In this document: one piece after another, positions 58,262 through 64,000 of the stretch
How positions within the stretch are numbered: the first letter of the stretch is position 1
Layout: each line of letters opens with the position of its first letter
Source of the DNA: Thermodesulfobacteriota bacterium
GTDB taxonomy: Bacteria; Desulfobacterota_D; UBA1144; Nemesobacterales; Nemesobacteraceae
Direction of reading: 5' to 3'
Length of the DNA stretch: 64,000 nucleotides
NCBI GenBank assembly: GCA_965243595.1
Contig: OZ251569.1
Coordinates: 1,877,907-1,941,906, forward strand
The notes under the pieces: generated by a model
What the model was told of the DNA's origin: nothing
Databases searched by the model: none
What the model saw: only the letters and a program-made list of their open reading frames with translations
Made by a program: the position numbers and the translations under genes

Positions 58262-59350
58262 TCAGCCTCCGGGCGGATTCTTCAGGCTTTCGGCCTGGAA
58301 ATGGGCCGCCAGGGGCCCCAGCAGCGGGTCGAGTTCCCCTCCCAGGACGGTCTCCACCTTGTGCACTGTAAGACCGATCCTGTGGTCGGTTATTCTTCCC
58401 TGGGGAAAATTGTAGGTTCTTATCTTCTCGCTTCTGTCCCCGCTTCCGACCTGGGTCTTCCTGGTCCGGGAAATCTCGTTCGTCCTTCTGCGCTCCTCGA
58501 TCCCGTAGAGCTTGGAGCGGAGCATCGCCATGGCGTGGGCCCTGTTTTTCTGCTGCGAGCGGTCGTCCTGACACTGGACGACGATGCCCGTGGGAACGTG
58601 CGTTATCCTTATGGCGGAATCGGTCTTGTTCACGTGCTGCCCCCCGGGCCCCGAAGACCGGAAGGTGTCGACCTTGAGATCCCTCTCGTCTATCTTCACG
58701 TCCACCTCGTCGGCCTCGGGCAGCACGGCCACGGTGGCCGTCGACGTGTGTATCCTTCCCCCCGCCTCGGTCGAAGGAACGCGCTGCACCCTGTGAACGC
58801 CGCTTTCGTACCGAAGGGCTCCGTAGGCCTCCCCGCCCTCTATCTTCGCCACGAGCTCCTTCACGCCGCCGATTCCGGTTTCGCTCGCGGTTATCATCTC
58901 GATCTTCCAGCGGCGGTTCTCGCAGTACCTCGAATACATCCTGATGAGGTCCGCCGCGAAAAGCGCGGCCTCGTCCCCTCCCGCCCCGGCGCGGATCTCG
59001 AGAAAGACGTTTTTTCCGAGATTCGGGTCCCTGGGAAGGAGAAGCGTCCTGAGTTTCGATTCGAGCTCGCCCTTTCTCTCTTCCAGCGCGGAAAGCTCCT
59101 CGCGCGCGAGGGACGCAAGCTCCCTGTCGTCGAGCAGCGCGCGGTTCTCCTCCGCGTTTCGGGCCACTTCCTTCAGTTCCCCGTAGACCGAAACCACGTC
59201 CTCGATCTCCGAACGCTCCTTCGAGCACCTGATTATGTCGGCGGGAGAGATGTCGGGGTCGCCGAGGTTTTTTTCCAGCTCGAAGAATCTTTTCTCGAGG
59301 TCCTCGAGCTTCGCGAAAAGCGCCTCGTCGTCTATGGGGTTGGGCGTCAT
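58262..59350 (-). CDS. prfA: Peptide chain release factor 1
   Basis: GGQHVNKTDSAIRITH (GGQ) and RVQRVPSTEAGGRIHTS. The start is ATG 59350 or TTG 59365. Confidence 0.9.
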   Translation of the reverse strand: MTPNPIDDEALFAKLEDLEKRFFELEKNLGDPDISPADIIRCSKERSEIEDVVSVYGELKEVARNAEENRALLDDRELASLAREELSALEERKGELESKLRTLLLPRDPNLGKNVFLEIRAGAGGDEAALFAADLIRMYSRYCENRRWKIEMITASETGIGGVKELVAKIEGGEAYGALRYESGVHRVQRVPSTEAGGRIHTSTATVAVLPEADEVDVKIDERDLKVDTFRSSGPGGQHVNKTDSAIRITHVPTGIVVQCQDDRSQQKNRAHAMAMLRSKLYGIEERRRTNEISRTRKTQVGSGDRSEKIRTYNFPQGRITDHRIGLTVHKVETVLGGELDPLLGPLAAHFQAESLKNPPGG

Positions 59351-59447
59351 GGCGGGAAGTTCCAAGGCGGACGAAGACTCGAGAACGCGACTAGGGCATG
59401 CAAGATCGTTTCTTGAGTTTTCATCCTCGTTCGACAGTTATCACCGA

Positions 59448-60404
59448 TTAGAAATCATGGTCGTGCAACCGCATCTCGCTAAAGAGCGAGCTTTCAAAAT
59501 TATCGGCAACCGAACGAATTCTTTCGGAAGCGACCTCGTGATAAGCTTTTTCCGATTCAATTCCAATGAACTTTCGTCCGAGATTGTAAGCGGAAACCAG
59601 CGTTGAACCGCTTCCGCAAAAAGGATCGAGTACGACGTGGTCTTCGCTTGTGGTCAGTTCAATCAGCGCCTTCATCAGCTTCAGCGGCTTTTGCGTCGGA
59701 TGCAATCCCGTATCGTTTTTCGTCGCCGCGACGGAGATGCAGTTGTCGGGCGCATGCGTATATTTCAGGAAACCCGTTTCGTTAAACGCGCCGGTTTCAT
59801 GTTCCAGCATATTATCCGCGATCGTCCCGCCGATGGCGTATGGTTTGGAAAACCAGAGTATCGGCTCGAAAACCGGCCTCAGATTTCCGACTCTCCAGCC
59901 TTCCCATCTCTCCCTGTTAAGCTCGTCGCCTCTTTTCTCGTAAACGACGGAAATCCTCTGCGCCCTGTGCGGCGCTTTCTCCTTATGCCATGCGATTATG
60001 TCTTTGTAGGTGAAACCTGCGTCTTCAAACGCGCAAACGCAACGATGCGCCAGCCTTCTCCCCGCAAATACAATTGCGCTGCCGCCCGGCTTTAACACGC
60101 GGAGCCATTTCGCCGTCCATTCCATGCACCATTCATAATACTGCCTCGGTATCTGTCTGTCCGCTTCCGACCACCCGTTCAAGGGTTTGCCTCTTTTTTT
60201 GAACACGGGCCCCGCTTTCTGCTGAGCGGGACTATTGCCCAGATATGCCGAATTCGTGTTTTCGTGAAGCACGTCCCATTCATCGACTCCAATACCGTAA
60301 GGAATATCGCTTAGGATAAGGTGTACGCTTTCATCGGGAAACGAATCCAGTTCCTCGATGCCGTCGGCGTTTATCACGGTATTTATTTTGTCTTCGAATT
60401 TCAT
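59448..60404 (-). CDS. Beta-class site-specific DNA methyltransferase (N6-adenine or N4-cytosine), solitary
   Basis: Motif IV LILSDIPYG lies near the N-terminus. HPTQKPLKLM and motif I VLDPFCGSGSTLV lie near the C-terminus. The GC content is visibly lower than the flanks. Confidence 0.85.
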   Translation of the reverse strand: MKFEDKINTVINADGIEELDSFPDESVHLILSDIPYGIGVDEWDVLHENTNSAYLGNSPAQQKAGPVFKKRGKPLNGWSEADRQIPRQYYEWCMEWTAKWLRVLKPGGSAIVFAGRRLAHRCVCAFEDAGFTYKDIIAWHKEKAPHRAQRISVVYEKRGDELNRERWEGWRVGNLRPVFEPILWFSKPYAIGGTIADNMLEHETGAFNETGFLKYTHAPDNCISVAATKNDTGLHPTQKPLKLMKALIELTTSEDHVVLDPFCGSGSTLVSAYNLGRKFIGIESEKAYHEVASERIRSVADNFESSLFSEMRLHDHDF

Positions 60405-60601
60405 GTTTGTTCCTACGGCAGCAATTCTTCGCGAATCAACATTTCAAGTTCCTTGAATTCCATTTTCCCGTTTGCATACCGTATATGGCGCAGGACGCCA
60501 AACACGCCTTACCCGTTACGGCTCCAGCTTTGAAACGCGACCACGGATGAAAAACTGACGGTCTAAAGAATACCCGATTTGCCTCTCCGAAACCGAAGTC
60601 C

Positions 60602-60629
60602 TTGCAATAATCCGGTCAGGGCATATAAT
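60602..60629 (+). promoter_or_regulatory. Promoter TTGCAA-N16-TATAAT, 7 nt upstream of the zapB-like ATG
   Basis: TTGCAA at 60602-60607, TATAAT at 60624-60629, ATG at 60637. No SD is possible in the gap. Confidence 0.5.
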
Positions 60630-60636
60630 CTTGTTC

Positions 60637-60846
60637 ATGGAATCGCTGGAGATTCTTGAGAGAAGAATCAGAGAGTACGTAGACAAAAACGCCAAGACCG
60701 CCGAGCAGAACCGCAGCCTCACAGAAGAGGTCAGGGTTCTCAGGGAGAAAGTCGCCGCGCTTGAGAGCGAGAAGGAAAGTCTCAGGACGCGCGTCGACGG
60801 CATGATAGGAACGATCGAGCAGCATCTGGGCGAAGAAACGGCATGA
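60637..60846 (+). CDS. Small coiled-coil protein, ZapB-like
   Basis: MESLEILERRIREYVDKNAKTAEQNRSLTEEVRVLREKVAALESEKESLRTRV. It overlaps the zapA start (ATGA). Confidence 0.6.
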   Translation: MESLEILERRIREYVDKNAKTAEQNRSLTEEVRVLREKVAALESEKESLRTRVDGMIGTIEQHLGEETA

Positions 60847-61190
60847 AAGACACGGTGAAAGTGGTCTTTTTCGGAAAGGAATACTCGATCGTCACCGACG
60901 CGGAGCAAAGCTACGTCCTGAAAGTCGCAGACTACCTTGAACAGAAGGTGAAAGAAGTGACCGCGGGCGACGCCGCGGTCTCCATTTCGCCTCCCGTTCT
61001 GATGGCTTCTCTCGAGATCATCGACGATTTCTTCTCCTTAAAGAGGGAATTCGATGAATTCAAGAGAACCGCTGACGAGAAGACAAGAGACCTGGTCAGG
61101 ATCCTCGAGACGCCGGGAGCCGGCAATGAAGCCCCCCTTGCCGGAAAAGATCCTCAAGACCCTTTCGGGGCGAGAGAAAACGGCATCTGA
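60843..61190 (+). CDS. zapA: Cell division protein ZapA
   Basis: VKVVFFGKEYSIVTDAEQSYVLKVADYLEQKVKEV is typical of ZapA. Confidence 0.8.
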   Translation: MKDTVKVVFFGKEYSIVTDAEQSYVLKVADYLEQKVKEVTAGDAAVSISPPVLMASLEIIDDFFSLKREFDEFKRTADEKTRDLVRILETPGAGNEAPLAGKDPQDPFGARENGI

Positions 61191-61821
61191 CGGCGGCCGC
61201 GTTGGTCCGGAGGTCTTCCCGAAACGCCGCGAGGGCGACTCCCACCACGCGCGAAAGGCATACATAAGAAAAAAGCTTCTGGAGAGGAGAAAGGGACTCT
61301 CCCCTTCCCTCCGCCGGTCGCTGTCCCGCCGCGTCGCCGAATTCCTTTTTTCCTCGGAGGCTTTCGCGCGGTCCCCGTGCGTGGCCCTGTACTTTCCGGC
61401 GAACGGCGAAGTCGACACCCGCGAGATATTCGAAAAATGCGTCAAGCTTGGGAAAAAGGCTTTCTTTCCCAAAACGCGCGGCGCCGGGCTGGTTTTCCTG
61501 AGGGCCGAGAGCCTGGACGACCTGCGCCCCGGCGCGTTCGCCATTCCCGAACCCCCCGAGGGCGGCGAGCCCATGGACCGCGAAGGACAGGCGCTCGTGC
61601 TCGTGCCGGGAGTCGCCTTCGACGTCTCGGGAAACAGAATCGGTTACGGAAAAGGTTTTTACGACAGGTTTCTCGAAGACATTCCGAGGCGGAACCGTTT
61701 CGCCCTGGCCTACCGGTTCCAGGTGCTAGACGGCGTCCCTTCGCTCGAAACGGACGTCGGGGTAGGCAGCATAATCACCGAAGACGGGGTGATGGCCTGT
61801 CGCGAGAAACAAGGAGACTGA
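61126..61821 (+). CDS. 5-formyltetrahydrofolate cyclo-ligase
   Basis: IRKKLLERRKGLS...ALYFPANGEVD...VPGVAFDVSGNRIGYGKGFYDRFL. The only in-frame start is ATG 61126, which overlaps zapA by 65 nt, so the start is uncertain. Confidence 0.75.
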   Translation: MKPPLPEKILKTLSGREKTASDGGRVGPEVFPKRREGDSHHARKAYIRKKLLERRKGLSPSLRRSLSRRVAEFLFSSEAFARSPCVALYFPANGEVDTREIFEKCVKLGKKAFFPKTRGAGLVFLRAESLDDLRPGAFAIPEPPEGGEPMDREGQALVLVPGVAFDVSGNRIGYGKGFYDRFLEDIPRRNRFALAYRFQVLDGVPSLETDVGVGSIITEDGVMACREKQGD

Positions 61822-61822
61822 C

Positions 61823-63370
61823 ATGCAGATACTGATATTGACACTGATGTTCGCGCTGGGATTCGGCGCATGTTTCGCATACAGGACGATCATGGAGAGA
61901 AACGCCGTCCGAAAGAGCGAGAACCGCTCCCGTCTCATAATGGAGGCGGCGGAGAAAAAGGCAGAGGAGACGAGAAGCAGGGCCGAGCAGAAGGCGAGAA
62001 AGCTCGTGAAGGACAAAAACTCCCAGATGCAGAGAATGGCAAGCGAGAAGAAAAGAGAATTTTCGGCCGCGGAGCAGAAGCTCAAGTCCAGGGAGGACGC
62101 CCTGAGGAAAAAGACCGAAGCCGCCGACAGAAAGGAGGCGGCGCTCGGGAAAACGGAGACCGCGCTCGAGGAAAAAGAAGCGGAGCTCGGGAAAAAGCGG
62201 GCGGAGCTTGAAGAAAGCATAGAGGAGATAAAGGGAAAGATCGAGAACATGGCGGGCCTCACCAGAGAGCAGGCGAAAGCCGAGCTCGTCGGACTGGTCG
62301 AGGACGAGGCGAGGCACGAGGCGGCGAGAAGACTCAAGCAGATAGAGGAAGACTGCAACGCCGAGGCGGAGCAGAAGGCCAAGAACATCATCTCCCTAGC
62401 CATACAGAGATACTCCGGCAGGTACACGAGCGAGAAGACGGTATCGGTGGTCAATCTTCCGAGTGACGACGTCAAGGGCCGGATCATCGGACGGGAGGGA
62501 AGGAACATAAGGTCCATAGAGCTCAGAACAGGGGTGGACGTCATCATCGACGACACTCCCGAAACGGTGGTGATCTCGTGCTTCAATCCCATCAGGCGGG
62601 AAATCGCGAGAATCTCCCTTGAGAGGCTCATAGCGGACGGGAGAATTCATCCCGCGAGAATAGAGGAAGTGGTGGGCGAAGTCGAGAAGGAAATAGAAAA
62701 GGAGCTTCAGAAAGAAGGCGAGAACGCCCTTTTCGACCTCGGAATAAGCGGAATGCACCCGGAGCTTGTGAACAAGCTGGGAATGCTCAAGTACAGGACG
62801 AGCTACTCGCAGAACATACTCAACCATTCCATCGAGGTGGGATTCATCTGCGGAATGCTCGCCGCGGAAATCGGCTACGACGAAAAGCTCGCCAAAAGAG
62901 CCGGCCTTCTCCACGACATAGGAAAGGCGGTCGACCACGAAGTCGAAGGCTCCCACGTGGACATCGGAGCGAACATAGTGAAAAAATACGGCGAGCCGCC
63001 GGAAGTCGTGGACGCTCTGGAGAAAACCCACGACCCCCAGCCCCAGGGAGTGCTGCCGCTTCTGGTGCAGGCCTCGGACGCCATCTCCGCCGCCAGGCCC
63101 GGGGCCAGGCGCGAGACGTACGAAAACTACATCAAGAGAATCGAGAGCATAGAAGGCGTCGCGAGCTCCTTTCCCGGAGTCGAGAGATGCTACGCCATCC
63201 AGGCAGGCAGGGAAGTGAGGGTGATAGTCGAAAGCGACCAGGTAAGCGACGACGAGGGAGCGGTTCTCTCGCACGAGATAGCCAAGAAGATAGAAAAGGA
63301 AGTCGTCTACCCGGGACAGATAAAAGTCATGGTGATAAGGGAAAGCAGGGCGACGGCCTACGCGTCCTAG
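61823..63370 (+). CDS. rny: Ribonuclease Y
   Basis: N-terminal TM helix, a long coiled coil, KH (KGRIIGREGRNIRSIE) and HD (LLHDIGKAVDHE). Confidence 0.9.
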   Translation: MQILILTLMFALGFGACFAYRTIMERNAVRKSENRSRLIMEAAEKKAEETRSRAEQKARKLVKDKNSQMQRMASEKKREFSAAEQKLKSREDALRKKTEAADRKEAALGKTETALEEKEAELGKKRAELEESIEEIKGKIENMAGLTREQAKAELVGLVEDEARHEAARRLKQIEEDCNAEAEQKAKNIISLAIQRYSGRYTSEKTVSVVNLPSDDVKGRIIGREGRNIRSIELRTGVDVIIDDTPETVVISCFNPIRREIARISLERLIADGRIHPARIEEVVGEVEKEIEKELQKEGENALFDLGISGMHPELVNKLGMLKYRTSYSQNILNHSIEVGFICGMLAAEIGYDEKLAKRAGLLHDIGKAVDHEVEGSHVDIGANIVKKYGEPPEVVDALEKTHDPQPQGVLPLLVQASDAISAARPGARRETYENYIKRIESIEGVASSFPGVERCYAIQAGREVRVIVESDQVSDDEGAVLSHEIAKKIEKEVVYPGQIKVMVIRESRATAYAS

Positions 63371-63458
63371 GGACGCGGCGTAGGAGGCCGTGGTATATTA
63401 CACCGCAGATTCCGACCGTGAATAATCCGAGATACGGAATCCGCCAAGGAGGACCGGA

Positions 63459-63908
63459 ATGCCGCGAAGCAGCGACGAAATGAAAAAAAGCCTCGAGCAG
63501 TTCAACAGGGAAGCGCTCGACTTCATGCTCGAGAACCAGAGCAGGATCATGTGCGCGATCGTATACGCGCTGTCTCATCTCAACCAGCCGCTCATAGCCG
63601 GATACCAGCGCTACTTCAACCAGAACGTGATTCTCAAGTACGACTCCAAGGCGGTGTTCGCCCACAATCCCGACCTGCCCGACTTTCTCTGCGCCTATTT
63701 CATCCTCGCGAAAGACCCCGAGGACGCAGACCCGAAGGAACTTCTCGAAGATTCCAGAATATACGTGAACAACTTCATGGAATTCAACCTGGAGATAATT
63801 TCGGGAATATCCGCCTTCATATTCGACGTAAAGACCGGCGAGATACTCGAGAGAACGGACAAGGGGAAAAAAGAAAGCCTCGAGTGCGTGGAGTTTCTGA
63901 ACATCTGA
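63459..63908 (+). CDS. Hypothetical protein, no recognisable family
   Basis: 149 aa with protein-like composition. SD AAGGAGGA lies upstream of the ATG. The GC content is lower than the preceding genes. Confidence 0.5.
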   Translation: MPRSSDEMKKSLEQFNREALDFMLENQSRIMCAIVYALSHLNQPLIAGYQRYFNQNVILKYDSKAVFAHNPDLPDFLCAYFILAKDPEDADPKELLEDSRIYVNNFMEFNLEIISGISAFIFDVKTGEILERTDKGKKESLECVEFLNI

Positions 63909-64000
63909 ACGCTTTTCCGAAGAAAAGAACCGTAATTCAGAACCTTTCCATCTTCGATTTCTTCAATGTGAAGTAGCACTCGTTAACACATTCAGCTATC

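Noticed and set aside
60405-60636. Restriction endonuclease or controller (C) protein partner for the methyltransferase.
   Set aside because: Only 232 bp are available. The longest ORFs are 13-16 codons or belong to spurious overlapping frames (60321-60533 plus, 60516-60908 minus, antisense to zapB/zapA).
61126-61260. Looked for a 6S RNA (ssrS) between zapA and the 5-formyltetrahydrofolate cyclo-ligase gene, as in the E. coli zapA-ssrS-ygfA arrangement.
   Set aside because: The two coding regions abut or overlap: the zapA stop is at 61190, and the only in-frame start of the ligase is at 61126. That leaves no room for an RNA of about 180 nt. At most about 70 nt would be free even if the ligase used an unconventional later start.
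63937-64000. Partial minus-strand CDS entering from beyond the window end (...IAECVNECYFTLKKSKMERF stop).
   Set aside because: Only about 21 codons are visible, too little to support a call.
1-64000. CRISPR arrays, tRNA genes, tmRNA/RNase P/SRP RNA, toxin-antitoxin pairs and known defence operons.
   Set aside because: Reading the intergenic regions on both strands revealed no direct-repeat/spacer arrays, no cloverleaf-compatible sequences and no recognisable defence gene signatures. The only stable RNA found is the 5S rRNA.

Overview
GC-rich chromosomal segment from a diderm bacterium (BamD, an Omp85-family barrel, a TonB-dependent receptor, RlpA and the futalosine menaquinone genes are all present). 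Most of the window is densely packed housekeeping genes: panBCD, the rpsU-dnaG-rpoD operon, uppS-dxr-rseP, purE/K/N, glyQS, hisAF, aroB plus a DAHP synthase, prfA, zapA and rny. Many long ORFs in the six-frame track are Arg/Gly/Pro-rich antisense or out-of-frame artefacts of the high GC content. Several real genes start well inside the listed ORF, and I re-derived those starts from signal peptides, Shine-Dalgarno (SD) sites and start/stop overlaps. Three regions look accessory. (1) 1-7124 holds two tandem paralogous genes for large secreted beta-helix surface proteins, separated by an intact IS1182-family element. Each gene has a near-consensus TTGACA/TAAAAT promoter whose spacer contains a poly-G tract of different length (G10 giving an 18-nt spacer, G8 giving 17 nt). 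This is the best candidate for something new: a promoter-spacer phase-variation switch on a recombining surface-protein pair. (2) About 59400-60630 is a visibly lower-GC insert carrying a solitary beta-class DNA methyltransferase upstream of prfA. (3) From about 63450 to the window end the GC content drops again around a hypothetical gene. Other points of note are a 5S rRNA gene unlinked to any 23S/16S with its own promoter, a stand-alone cytidylyltransferase paired with a degenerate-NT/CDP-alcohol phosphatidyltransferase fusion, a GGCT-like/FGase-like fusion gene, and several -10 boxes only 5-10 nt from start codons (possible leaderless mRNAs). I found no CRISPR array, tRNA or recognisable defence operon. 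All calls come from reading the sequence and translations by eye; no searches were run.
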